NCBI GenBank assembly: GCA_018238545.1
Contig: JABCTC010000026.1
Span: 1 to 48,387, forward strand
DNA length: 48,387 nt
Reading direction: 5' to 3'
Source of the DNA: Candidatus Heimdallarchaeota archaeon
Lineage (GTDB): Archaea > Asgardarchaeota > Heimdallarchaeia > Heimdallarchaeales > Heimdallarchaeaceae
A program made the position numbers and the translations under genes. Position 1 is the first letter of the stretch. Every line of letters begins with the position of its first letter. The notes under the pieces were generated by a model, which was given only the letters and a program-made list of their open reading frames with translations, had not been told where the DNA came from and made no database searches. Positions 8,362-18,787 of this stretch are shown piece by piece.

Positions 8362-10356
8362 ATGAACAATATAACAATCCCCAGTATTATCAGACGTAGA
8401 TATAACCAGTGTAAAGATTTATCAATAGATGCTTTTGAAAAAGTTGAGGTTAATAAAAATTTATATAAAGGTATTTTAAATATTGATGATACTTATGAGT
8501 GGGATTATTCATTAGTTGATCCTCACGTATTCCCTTTGGTTCGCAATTATTTATCTCGCTCCAATCCTACAATGAGTGCTATTCGTCTTGATGTAAGACA
8601 TAAAGAAGATGTGGAAACTCGTCAAATAAATCAAGAATTTTTAAATTGGGAAATTGGCGAATTAATGATGACCACTCTTTATTATCGTATGTATTTTTCT
8701 GCATATTTAGCAGGTAGAGGATATTGTAAAACTGGTTGGAAATATGAGCCTGCTTTGGAAATTCAAGATAAAGATAAGGATGGAAATATTACTAGAATTA
8801 AACTATTAAAAGATATTGTTAATAGAGCAGACGCAAAATTTGTTAGATTTAATGATATTTTAATTCCCAATCGAAATATTCCAATACTTCAAGAACAGCC
8901 ATATATTATTGAGCCAATACAAATGTTGGTTGGAGATATGGTAAATAAAAATCAATCTTATGAAGATCAGGGGAAAAAACCATTTTGGAAAAAAACCTTT
9001 TTAAAGAAATTAAAAGAATCTGGAGTTACTAATAAATTGCTTGATTATCAAATGGAAATTGCAACAGATGATGATTCTAAAAATGAAATGGCTTTTAAAG
9101 CTGCTTATGTTTCAATGTTGTGTATGACTACAAAGGATGGAGAAATTTTTTATATGCCTTTGGAAGATGACGATACTATTTTAAATACTGATACTGAAAA
9201 TGAATACTGGCATGGGCATTATCCCTATATTGATTTTAGTGCTTTCCCAGAAGATGATGAATATTATAATTTAGCTTTAGTTGATGTTGTGGGTGATCTA
9301 CAAATTGCTGCTACTGAAATTTTAAATCAAACTTTAACTAATATTAGACAAATAAATAACGATATGTGGGTAGCAGGAAGTGCTGCTGCTCAAACTCCTG
9401 ATTGGCAGTTTAGAAAACGTCCAGATGGGGTTATTCGTGTAATGGGTGACACTAATCAAATTCAACAAATTAGAACACAAGATAATACTAGAGCTGCAAT
9501 AACTGTATCTGAAAGTTTGGGTAATAAAATAGAAAAAGCAGGCGGCATTTCTTCACTTTATAGTTCTGGGGCTGCTTCTCAAACAATCAATCAAACCGCA
9601 AGGGGCGCTCAAATTATTGACCAAAATATTGATACTAATATGAAGATGATTATTGATTTGTTTGGTGAACAAGTTTTAAAGCCAACTGGTGAACACTTTT
9701 TAGCTTTAAATGCTCAATATGTTACAGAAGAACAAACTTTTTCAGTAACTGGAAAACGCGGGGTTAAAGAATTATTAGATATTGAGCCAGAGCAAACAAA
9801 TGCTAATTTTATTGTTTCTGTTAATTCTGAAAAACTGCAAAAGCAAACTCCTGCTTCAAGACAGGCTTCACTCCAAAATTCTATTGCAGTATTACAGGAT
9901 ATTGAGGCAAAATCACAAGGTGCTATTAGGGTTGATTTAACCTCTGCGGTTGAAGCTTTAATTGATGCAACTCCTGAAATGGAGAACGTGGGAGATATTC
10001 TTACTACTGTTGATGAGCAAGCAGGAAGAGATATTGCAATGATTGAAAGAGGGCAAATGCCCGAAATTATGGTTAGAGATTCACATGAAGAATTAGTTAC
10101 TGCTGTTAATGTTCATTTTGAAGAATTTGAAATGAGTTATTCAGAAGATATAAAAGAATTATTTACTAAATATGTTGAAAAACATTTAAGATATATGAAG
10201 TCAAAACAGGAGGCTATAATGTTGGCTCAACCTCAAGTAGCAGAGCCATCAATGCAGGGGGGGCTTGGGGCAAGTATGGGTTTTAATCCTGCACAAGCAG
10301 GGCAGCAAGGGCTTCCTGAAAATCAAAGGGCTTATAATCTTGGTAAGGTAGTATGA
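8362..10356 (+). CDS. Phage portal protein
   Basis: 664 aa after terL; GRGYCKTGW, YWHGHYPY, N-x3-N stem helix, NQTARGAQI and a Q/G-rich tail as in P22-like portals. Confidence 0.82.
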   Translation: MNNITIPSIIRRRYNQCKDLSIDAFEKVEVNKNLYKGILNIDDTYEWDYSLVDPHVFPLVRNYLSRSNPTMSAIRLDVRHKEDVETRQINQEFLNWEIGELMMTTLYYRMYFSAYLAGRGYCKTGWKYEPALEIQDKDKDGNITRIKLLKDIVNRADAKFVRFNDILIPNRNIPILQEQPYIIEPIQMLVGDMVNKNQSYEDQGKKPFWKKTFLKKLKESGVTNKLLDYQMEIATDDDSKNEMAFKAAYVSMLCMTTKDGEIFYMPLEDDDTILNTDTENEYWHGHYPYIDFSAFPEDDEYYNLALVDVVGDLQIAATEILNQTLTNIRQINNDMWVAGSAAAQTPDWQFRKRPDGVIRVMGDTNQIQQIRTQDNTRAAITVSESLGNKIEKAGGISSLYSSGAASQTINQTARGAQIIDQNIDTNMKMIIDLFGEQVLKPTGEHFLALNAQYVTEEQTFSVTGKRGVKELLDIEPEQTNANFIVSVNSEKLQKQTPASRQASLQNSIAVLQDIEAKSQGAIRVDLTSAVEALIDATPEMENVGDILTTVDEQAGRDIAMIERGQMPEIMVRDSHEELVTAVNVHFEEFEMSYSEDIKELFTKYVEKHLRYMKSKQEAIMLAQPQVAEPSMQGGLGASMGFNPAQAGQQGLPENQRAYNLGKVV

Positions 10357-11222
10357 CCTTTAAACTGGTAAATCAGATATTAGCTAGTCTAATAAAGACC
10401 ATTGAGCAAACGGCGGTAGTGTCTGTTAATGCTATTAAGGCTCACACGTTTTCTTCTAAAATAATTAACTTTCCTAAAACTCAAAAAATAAAAGGAGTGG
10501 TAACTGTTGTTAATCAAAAAAAGGTTGAAAGAGAATTAAAAAATAGTAAAAAAATACAAGACTCTATATTAAAGTGGCTTAATAAATTTACTATTCCAAG
10601 TAATTTTAAAATAGATAATTTTCCTGAATCAATTAAATTCCCCACATCTATTGAAATAAGCAATCAAATTAAACCTATTAAACCTTTACCATATCTTAAA
10701 AATATTAGAGTTACTAATCAACCAACTAAAGAAATTAAAAAAATAAATACTCAACTGATAGCGGTAAAAAAAGCTATTGGTAAATTAAAACTTAATCCTT
10801 CTATTAATGTAGAAACTCCAACACCTGAAAAAATAATTGTTCCACCAGCTAATGTAACTGTTAAACAGATTGATTATAAAAAGTTGGCTAAATTAATGCC
10901 TGAACCAGCAAAGGAATTTGATTATAAAAAGTTAGCAGAAACCATTGCAAAAGAAATGGCTGAAATGTTTGTAACTGTTGGTGGTGGTGGACGAAGAAAA
11001 GAGGGGGAAGATGATTTAACTAGACAATATAATGTTGCAAATAAAGATGTCGCTGGCGATGTTAAATATTATGGATTTACTGGCAGATCTGGAGAGTGGT
11101 ACATTCTTAAAGAAGATTCTATTAATTATACTTATCTTTATTATAAAGGAAAAAAATCTTATCCTATTAATTGGGAAAATAGAGTAGATTTAGTTTATGA
11201 CTATTATCATAATATTTTTTAA
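10353..11222 (+). CDS. Phage hypothetical, probably virion-associated
   Basis: K/I/P-rich repeats (xNFP), GGGG linker, aromatic C-terminal domain; coupled to the portal gene. Confidence 0.55.
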   Translation: MTFKLVNQILASLIKTIEQTAVVSVNAIKAHTFSSKIINFPKTQKIKGVVTVVNQKKVERELKNSKKIQDSILKWLNKFTIPSNFKIDNFPESIKFPTSIEISNQIKPIKPLPYLKNIRVTNQPTKEIKKINTQLIAVKKAIGKLKLNPSINVETPTPEKIIVPPANVTVKQIDYKKLAKLMPEPAKEFDYKKLAETIAKEMAEMFVTVGGGGRRKEGEDDLTRQYNVANKDVAGDVKYYGFTGRSGEWYILKEDSINYTYLYYKGKKSYPINWENRVDLVYDYYHNIF

Positions 11223-11865
11223 TGACAGACACAGTTTTTAATCCACTAGCTAAAAAAGGACTTGATGCTGTTAGATCTTTAGCAACTCTCGACACTCATT
11301 ATTTAAAACTAGACTGTTCTAATGATCCCCTTACTGGTACTTTTATAACAAGGAAAATAAAACCAGTAGCTGATGATACTTATGATTTAGGTCAATTTGC
11401 ACCAAACTTTAGATGGCGAAATTTAGCTTTATCTGGAAGTTTTTATTCTAAAGCTGGGTATATTAGTGGTGAGACAAGTATTATTGGTTTAAATATTACA
11501 AATATAGAAGAAGTAAATGCAAGAGCTAGAATTTATTTTACTAATAGTCTTGGCGATAATGCTTCTATCTTTTTCACATCAGCGTGCCAAGATGTGTTAA
11601 ATCCTTGTCAACTTTATATTGACGGAAATGGGGCAGTAAATTTTGGTAGTGATAATATTATTACTACAGGTTCAATAACTCAAGATGGTATTACTTTAGA
11701 TTCAACTTACCTCAAACTTGACGCCACAAACTATTCAAGCGTAATTTTCCCTGACGCAACTTACATAGGAATAGACCAAATTAGAGCAAGAGATGCGGGA
11801 GGACTAAAACTCTATGATGATGGAGGTAGTGGGATATTTATTAAGAATGGGGGTTTTGTAGGATT
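11222..11865 (+). CDS. 5' part of a phage fibre/structural gene, truncated at a junction
   Basis: FNP...LD N-terminus, two YLKLD motifs, P..DDTYDLG....RW, G/S/T-rich beta segments ending GGFVG; the remainder of ORF 11222..13585 is unrelated in style. Confidence 0.65.
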
Positions 11866-13557
11866 TAATGAAGTTAACTACGATTTAGCTTTACTATTTT
11901 TGAATAACTTCTTTAACTTATATGTTGATCCGACTTTAACTAGTCATGAAGTATGTAGCCAATTCTTTGAATGGGGTGCATATGATGAATGTGTTATGAG
12001 ACGTGAACAAGAAATGATGGATGGAATCCAACTTGAAGGTTTCGACTTAATCACAGATGGATATGGGTTCAGTATTGACTTATATTATGTTGATTCTGAA
12101 TTAAATCATTTTACAAAACATATGAACGCTTATTTCTACTATAATGAATATGGTGCTTTAAGACTTGATTTATTTGAAGATTTTGGATTAATTCCTTATG
12201 AAGTTGCCTATTCTCACCTTCAACAATTAATTGGTGAATTTAACAACTACACCCTTACTTCAGAAAATGTCTGTAATTTATTCTTTGGTGCTGAATCTGT
12301 GTTTGGTTGTATTGAAAAACGTGAAGAACTTATGATGAATAACGTTACAATCCAATTATGGATGATAGATGTTGAATACGATCACTATAGAGTTGAATTG
12401 GAATATAATGACGGATATGGCAATTACTGGTATGAAACAGTTCAAGCTTACTTCTACTATGATGAGTTTGGCAATCTAAAAGTAGATTTCAAAGGGGAGG
12501 GACCTGAAGAATTCCCTTATGAAGAAGCTTATAATTATGTAGCACAAATGTTATATGATTTTGGCGATCCAAATATGCCTACTGGAGAATTTTGTGCGAA
12601 ATATGGACTAGATAATACTAACTGCATATGGGACAGAGCACTCTTAGAAAGTATAAACCAATTAGAACATGTTGAGTTATATATAGACTATTTTGATTAT
12701 CAAGACTATGTATTTAAAACTCAAATTATGTTTAATAATCACTATACAGGTGAAATGTGGTATGAAGTTGTTTTCCTAGAATTTGGATATGATGAATACG
12801 GAAATATCTTTATGCATATGTATGATGCACCTGTTAATAACTATTTGAACTATACAGACTCATATAATCTTGTTCAACAATTTTTCTGGGACTATATGAA
12901 TCAAGGTATCTCATTCAATGATCTTAATGCTTGGTATTTTGATTACCAAATGGGATATGATTTTGAAATAGAAAGACTAGAAACATTTAATACTGGAAGA
13001 AATTACGTTTTACTTCAAGTAAATGATCCTTATGGTGCAGATGGACAAGAGTTCTTAGAAATTATTTATGATGTTTATGAATATGGAACTTATACTGAGA
13101 CATTAACTATTTGGGTTCGTGTAATGCCACTTGCTAATGGTTATCATTATCTCGAATTTTGGGAAGACCAACAAGAAGAATATATTTACCTTGATTATAA
13201 TGAAGCACATGCATTTATGACATCATTCATTAATGACTATTCTGATCATTCTCTTAGTAGTTACGAAGTTTGTAGTTTCTACTTCGGAGAAGATGAAGCA
13301 CCGATGTGTATGGTTAAGCGTGATGCTGAAATTATGGAAGGTATTACTGTCTTAATGCATGCACTAGATGAAATGGCTGATGGATTCTATGCAGACTTTG
13401 GATATTATACAGCTACAGGTGAATTTATTTATAGTGAATATACACAAATATTCTTCTTTGTTACTGAAAAAGGAGAATTGAAACTTACATTTGATTGCTA
13501 TAATTATCAAAAATCATTCCCATATGATGAAGCAATGCAATATATTGAAACATACCT
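11866..13557 (+). CDS. Internal fragment of a Tyr/Asp/Glu-rich protein with ~110-aa repeats
   Basis: Units begin VNYDLAL, IPYEVAY, FPYEEAY, LNYTDSY, LDYNEAH and a sixth, FPYDEAM, cut after its first helix. Confidence 0.7.
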
Positions 13558-13787
13558 GAGGATGCAGCAACTGCTACAACAATGAGCATGGCTGTAACAA
13601 ATAGTATGGTATCCCAAGGCATGAGTAAGACAAAATCACCAAACGTGAGACCGTTGTAAAGATAGAGAACACCGCCAACAAGGGACATTGCAAACAGGGC
13701 TGTTGCTGTTTCATTCACCCGTTCAGACACAATCACAAGCAGGGTTACAATGAGAATGATAAGGACAATTGCACCAGCGACGTCCAT
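13533..13787 (-). CDS. ArsB/NhaD/SLC13-type permease, N-terminal fragment only
   Basis: SERVNETATAL...WDTILFVTAMLIVVAVAASSGMFQYIAL is the usual N-terminus of this ~430-aa family; similarity ends at the junction. Confidence 0.75.
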
Positions 13788-13936
13788 CTTGAATTAACTT
13801 GTACATGCCCTACTATTAAACTACTCGTGATATGCTTTACTTCCTATGTAGGAAACTCTAGTTAATGATATGTCATAGAGAAATCTATAACTTGGTTTCA
13901 TCAATACTCGAAGCAACAGATTGTAGTTGATGGACC

Positions 13937-14347
13937 ATGGAAAACGAATCAGGTGGAAAGAAATGCACATTCATGATAGTTGGTATAATTGTTATGATTG
14001 GCGGTTTCTTTGGGGGTTTTATGCAGTTCTTCTGGATGGACGACCTTGACATTAGTATGATTCTATTCTATGTCTTGGTTATTCCAATGATTAGCTTTCT
14101 TGTCGGTGCTGGTATCATTATTTACGGAATGAAGGATTCCTTGCAAGCAAGCAGACTAGGATTTTTTGGTTCAAGGTCCACTCGTCGTGCTGAATCAAAA
14201 GAGCGGACATTTATTCATGAGCCACCAAGTATTTGCAAGGACTGTGGAGCGAGCCTAAGTGCGGAGTCTATCGAATGGGTCGGACCATTATCTGTCAAGT
14301 GCCCATACTGTGGAGCTACTCATGCAACCGAGAAACGTGAAGTCTAA
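13937..14347 (+). CDS. 2-TM membrane protein with C-terminal zinc ribbon
   Basis: Two hydrophobic helices; CKDC...EWVGP...CPYC; paralog at 24179. Confidence 0.8.
   Translation: MENESGGKKCTFMIVGIIVMIGGFFGGFMQFFWMDDLDISMILFYVLVIPMISFLVGAGIIIYGMKDSLQASRLGFFGSRSTRRAESKERTFIHEPPSICKDCGASLSAESIEWVGPLSVKCPYCGATHATEKREV
14267..14347 (+). repeat. 81-bp direct repeat, copy 1 (3' end of zinc-ribbon gene)
   Basis: 73/81 identical to 16515-16595 by manual alignment. Confidence 0.95.
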
Positions 14348-14441
14348 TTGCTGAATGGCTTCTCTAGCTACTCCTAATGTAAGCAAACATTTTTAGAATA
14401 TTTATATGCGCTCACGTCAAAAGTAGAATGTAGATTGGTGG

Positions 14442-16499
14442 GTGTATATGATTCGTGAAGTTAGAGGAATTACGATTTTTGTAATATCGATTATAGTTCT
14501 CAGTCCAATTATTTCAACTCATCAGACAATCGAAGGATTATCGGGAATAGAAGATAATTCAAATATCGCTTCTGGTTTTTATGAGAGTTTGTTAGAAGAC
14601 CCTTTCTTAGAACATGAACCGCAAGTCATGGTAAATGGTACTTCTGGAGAATTCTCATCCAGTTTTCATTCTAGTTCAGGTGGAGCTGATATAAGCTACG
14701 TAGAGATGGATTGGACTCATGTAGAGAACACGGAACTTGATTTTCGATCATTCGACTTACCAGAAGTTATGCCAGATTATAATGATTTCATTTATACTTA
14801 TCAAGAGTTTGAGTTTCCTTATGAAGTAAGACCAAGTACTGCAGAAATCTCATTTAATTTTAGTGTCTTTCTTACTGGTGATTTTGCTCCAGGAGTTCAA
14901 GAAGGAAATAACCTGATGTTCAAAGTGTATGTTTGGGTTATCGATTCATCAGGAAATTGGTACAGAATCTATGCATCAGTTGAAGATGTATACAGTAGTA
15001 AATATGAGCAAAAAAATCTGAACCTGAATTACTTCAATTTGGTTGATATCTTCGATGGCATGATTAAAGAGGGAGGAGTGCAAGAAGATCCAACAGATAC
15101 TGCAATCTTAGCTATTGGGTTAGCACCAACCTATCGCTTTGACAGTTACCTTGCGACTGAACCTTGGACATTCTATGATGGTTCAGTTTCTCTGCGTGTG
15201 AGTTATGCAGACGTGTATGTTGCGATGGAGATTCCATCGGATCCATCAACATTATGGCAACCAGAGTACAATCAAACGTATGGAACAACATTGGGTGAAG
15301 CATTTCCACTGCATGCAAATGCCTCTGATGAGGTTATGAACGAATGTTATGGAATGAAGGTAGAATCAGACGGGTCAGTTTATGTCACAGGGAATACCAG
15401 GTCGAGCTTTGAGCTTCGTTATTATGAGGGGTTGAGTTTTCGAAATCAGGTTCTCCTGAAATACAGTCCGTCACTAAATCTACTCTGGCAAGTAAAAAAT
15501 GATAATAGAACTCAAGTAAGGTCGATGTATATTCAAGGAGGATATATTTACACAACAGGCTATATCCAACGAGAAGATACTGGGGGAAATCTCATTGTAA
15601 CAAAATGGTCTTCATCTGGACAACGAGTTTGGCAATCAGAATGGGGAGGAGAATTTACCCAAGTAGGAGTAGCAGTGGGTGTCCAAAGTAATGGTTCCAT
15701 CTATGTAGTTTGTAGTGATTATAATTGGGATGAACCTGAATACTACCAGAAAACTTGCATCCTAAACTTTGATAATAATGGTAATTTCCTTTGTAACATA
15801 ACCACTCAATATCCCTGGACTTTTTATGATTGTAGTGGAGACCTTACAATCTTTGATGACTACTTCGCATTTCATCAACGTTCAGGTGTTAGTTTTGGAG
15901 GAAGATATTACTTCAACGGAACCGAAAGTAATTGGGTGTTTGGAGATGCAATTGTCCTTGATGAAGAAGGTGGATACTTTGCAGCTTCATGGATGGGTTC
16001 GATTGGTGGGGGAGATAGAGATGGTTCGATAATATTTCTAACTCATTATAATTCGGATGATGGTCTTGAATGGCGCACTAATTATTCAATGCTCTGGCCA
16101 AATGGTTGGAGATATGCTCTGACACCCAGAGATATGATCATTACACCGGATGATGAAATACAATTGCTAATTCAACATACTTCATTCATTAATGAATACT
16201 TATTGTTGACGTATGACCTCGAAGGCAATTTGTTAGAGAATCGTACAATCGGAGATGATAATTGGCCCTACTGGTCTTCACCGATCTATATGGCTGTTGG
16301 GAGTTCAGGGCTAGTCTATTTTGCTTTTACAATCGGTAGTTCTTCTCTAACGAATTTTGATATCTGCATTCAAGCCTACAAGATGTACCAATTTTCTGAT
16401 GGATTTTCATTAATCATTTCAGCAGTTATAATCATTGCAAGTACTGTAGTGATAATTTGGGCAGCAATAGGAATCCTTCGTTGGAAGAGAATGAAGTAA
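14442..16499 (+). CDS. Secreted, C-terminally anchored beta-propeller surface protein (paralog A)
   Basis: N-terminal signal; DGSVYVTG, IYTTG, TKWS..G..VW repeats; C-terminal TM plus RWKRMK. Confidence 0.8.
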   Translation: MYMIREVRGITIFVISIIVLSPIISTHQTIEGLSGIEDNSNIASGFYESLLEDPFLEHEPQVMVNGTSGEFSSSFHSSSGGADISYVEMDWTHVENTELDFRSFDLPEVMPDYNDFIYTYQEFEFPYEVRPSTAEISFNFSVFLTGDFAPGVQEGNNLMFKVYVWVIDSSGNWYRIYASVEDVYSSKYEQKNLNLNYFNLVDIFDGMIKEGGVQEDPTDTAILAIGLAPTYRFDSYLATEPWTFYDGSVSLRVSYADVYVAMEIPSDPSTLWQPEYNQTYGTTLGEAFPLHANASDEVMNECYGMKVESDGSVYVTGNTRSSFELRYYEGLSFRNQVLLKYSPSLNLLWQVKNDNRTQVRSMYIQGGYIYTTGYIQREDTGGNLIVTKWSSSGQRVWQSEWGGEFTQVGVAVGVQSNGSIYVVCSDYNWDEPEYYQKTCILNFDNNGNFLCNITTQYPWTFYDCSGDLTIFDDYFAFHQRSGVSFGGRYYFNGTESNWVFGDAIVLDEEGGYFAASWMGSIGGGDRDGSIIFLTHYNSDDGLEWRTNYSMLWPNGWRYALTPRDMIITPDDEIQLLIQHTSFINEYLLLTYDLEGNLLENRTIGDDNWPYWSSPIYMAVGSSGLVYFAFTIGSSSLTNFDICIQAYKMYQFSDGFSLIISAVIIIASTVVIIWAAIGILRWKRMK

Positions 16500-16514
16500 T
16501 TGTTGAATTGGAGC

Positions 16515-16595
16515 TCTATCGAATGGGTCGGGCCATTGTCTGTCAAGTGCCCATATTGTGGAGCAACACATGCTACAGAAAAACGTGAAGTCTAA
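16515..16595 (+). pseudogene. 81-bp direct repeat, copy 2: detached 3' end of the zinc-ribbon gene
   Basis: Encodes the identical peptide SIEWVGPLSVKCPYCGATHATEKREV* with 8 synonymous changes. Confidence 0.85.
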
Positions 16596-16683
16596 TCGAT
16601 AACAAGTAGTCCCCTGTTGGTTTTAAAAAATGTTCACATTTTTAACTTCTCAGGTCTATGGATATTAGGATGGGAGAATTTCG

Positions 16684-18705
16684 TTGAATAGAAGTACTCG
16701 AATGATTTCTTACTTTGTTGTAACTCTAATGATTCTTGGTTCTCTCCAGGTGTTTACTTCCAATTCTAGTAGAACTCCAGAACTAGCAGAAAGTTATAAT
16801 CTGTCAAGCACAGAGATTGTAGATATGCTACCAGACCCTGATTTTGACCAACAACCAGAAGCTGTCATTATCGGTAACTCTGGAGAATTCACTGCGTTAT
16901 ACCCTGAAGTAACAGGAGATGTGGATAGATACGCTGAACTAAAATGGACTCATACTGCAAATACTGCTCTTGATTTTGCTGGTCCCGACCCTGAAAATAT
17001 TATTCCAGATTACAATGACTTTGTCTATGTGTATCAAGAATTTGATTGGTCATTGAATCAGAGACCAATTGATGCAGACGTTTACATAAATTATAGCACC
17101 TATCTCACAGGGAATTTTGCAAATGAAGCTCAGGCGGGGAACCTAATGTTCCGAATCTATGTATGGGCAATTGACTCATCTGACAATTGGGTAAGACTCT
17201 ATGAATCCAGAGCAGCAGTCTATACTGAGATGTACCAAATGAAAAGATTGAATCTGAATTTCATTAATCTAGCTGTTATCTTCGATGGCATGATTGAACA
17301 TGGTGGAATCCAAGAAGACCCAGAAGATAAGGTAAAATTAGCAATAGGATTAGCCCCTACATATCGATTTGAATCCTACGATGGTACTGAACCATGGACC
17401 TACTTTGATGGGTCAGTCAGTGTAAGAGTGACTTCTTGTGATTTCTATGCTTATGTGGAAACTGAGGATGATCCGAATTCAATTTGGCAACCAGAGTACA
17501 ATGTGACATATGGCACTACGCTTGGACATGCCTTTCCAAATCATCCAAATTCATCGGATGAGGTAGAGAATATGTGCTATGGTATGGTCACTGGAGATGA
17601 TGGGTCAGTCTATGTTACAGGAAATACTAGGTCAAGCTATGAATTTTGGATTCAAGATGGTTTGAGATATCAGAGTCAATTTCTACTCAAGTATGATCCG
17701 ACATTGAACCGTATCTGGGCAGTTAACAATGATAATATGACCCAAGTGCGCTCTATGACATACCGGGATGGGTTCATCTACACAACAGGATACATTCATA
17801 CAGATGCAGAGATGAATAACTTGATAGTAACAAAATGGTCAACTTCAGGTACCAAAGTATGGGAAAAAGAATGGGGTGCACAATATTCCCAAGTTGGTAT
17901 AGCTGTGGCGGTCCATGCAGATGGGTCAGTCTATGTCATTGCTAGTGATTATGGTTTTATCGGGTTTCCTGCCTACCAGAATACTAGTATCCTGAAGTAT
18001 AATAATGATGGAGTTTTGTTGTGGGATAGACAATCGTCTTGGATCTGGACAACTATGGATTTTAGAGGAGATTTGTATATTGATGAGGACTATCTATACT
18101 ATCTTCGACCGTACACTCTCGCAATTCTAGATTTGGAAGGAGAATATGTTACAGGTCGTTCAACACGAGCAGCAATACCTGATGGAAACGGTGGATTCTT
18201 CTCAGCTACTCACGAATTAATTCAAGGTGTAGAAGAAAGCTCACAGATCGTTTTAACACATTCAAACTCAACTGGATATCAAAATTGGAATACAACATAC
18301 ATTCGTCAATGGTCAAATGGGAAATATTACACTTACAGACCTGTGAATATGGCTCTCACTCCAGATGATAAGTTGCTTTTGTTAGTGCATAGCTATTATC
18401 TCAATTCAGAATTTGGAGTACTTACCTATGATTTTCAAGGTAACTTGCTAAATAATCGTACAATCACGAATGACAGATGGCCTTGGATATCAGGTGGAGC
18501 TATTTACATGGATGTCGGAAGTTCAGGACTCGGTTATTTTGCGTTTGATATTTATGATGGTGATGATTTTGATATCAATGTTCTATCTTATCTAGTCTAT
18601 GAAGTGCCAAGACCAATAACCATAGCAACAGTCATTATTGTCGCAAGCACTGTTGTAATAATTGGGGCCGTAGTGGGAATCATTCGTTGGAAGAAAATGG
18701 AGTAG
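16684..18705 (+). CDS. Secreted, C-terminally anchored beta-propeller surface protein (paralog B)
   Basis: Shares PDYNDF, IDSS.NW, QEDP.D, IGLAPTYRF, WQPEYN with paralog A; C-terminal TM plus RWKKME. Confidence 0.8.
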   Translation: MNRSTRMISYFVVTLMILGSLQVFTSNSSRTPELAESYNLSSTEIVDMLPDPDFDQQPEAVIIGNSGEFTALYPEVTGDVDRYAELKWTHTANTALDFAGPDPENIIPDYNDFVYVYQEFDWSLNQRPIDADVYINYSTYLTGNFANEAQAGNLMFRIYVWAIDSSDNWVRLYESRAAVYTEMYQMKRLNLNFINLAVIFDGMIEHGGIQEDPEDKVKLAIGLAPTYRFESYDGTEPWTYFDGSVSVRVTSCDFYAYVETEDDPNSIWQPEYNVTYGTTLGHAFPNHPNSSDEVENMCYGMVTGDDGSVYVTGNTRSSYEFWIQDGLRYQSQFLLKYDPTLNRIWAVNNDNMTQVRSMTYRDGFIYTTGYIHTDAEMNNLIVTKWSTSGTKVWEKEWGAQYSQVGIAVAVHADGSVYVIASDYGFIGFPAYQNTSILKYNNDGVLLWDRQSSWIWTTMDFRGDLYIDEDYLYYLRPYTLAILDLEGEYVTGRSTRAAIPDGNGGFFSATHELIQGVEESSQIVLTHSNSTGYQNWNTTYIRQWSNGKYYTYRPVNMALTPDDKLLLLVHSYYLNSEFGVLTYDFQGNLLNNRTITNDRWPWISGGAIYMDVGSSGLGYFAFDIYDGDDFDINVLSYLVYEVPRPITIATVIIVASTVVIIGAVVGIIRWKKME

Positions 18706-18787
18706 TTGATTACTACAACAAGCTGGAAAGCCTAGGTAGTAACCTATATCATTCAGTAATAGGTCTGCTAAACTTGAGGAATATTCA

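Larger units (their letters stand above)
1..11865 (+). mobile_element. Fragment of an AT-rich tailed bacteriophage genome (packaging/head module with glycosyltransferase cluster)
   Basis: Co-oriented, tightly overlapping genes including terminase large subunit and portal-like gene; TTGACA/TGnTAnnnT bacterial promoters; clearly lower GC than the downstream DNA. No integrase or att site seen. Confidence 0.9.

Noticed and set aside
11222-13585. A single 787-aa novel tail fibre
   Set aside because: The halves differ sharply in composition, and the last residues (RMQQLLQQ) are antisense permease DNA.
1-13787. A glycosylating provirus integrated in an Asgard archaeon
   Set aside because: No integrase or att repeats, bacterial-type promoters, an unrelated fragment between phage and archaeal DNA, and mid-gene short-overlap junctions.
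14267-16595. DGR template/variable repeat pair
   Set aside because: Mismatches are not confined to adenines of one copy, all are synonymous, and no reverse transcriptase is present.
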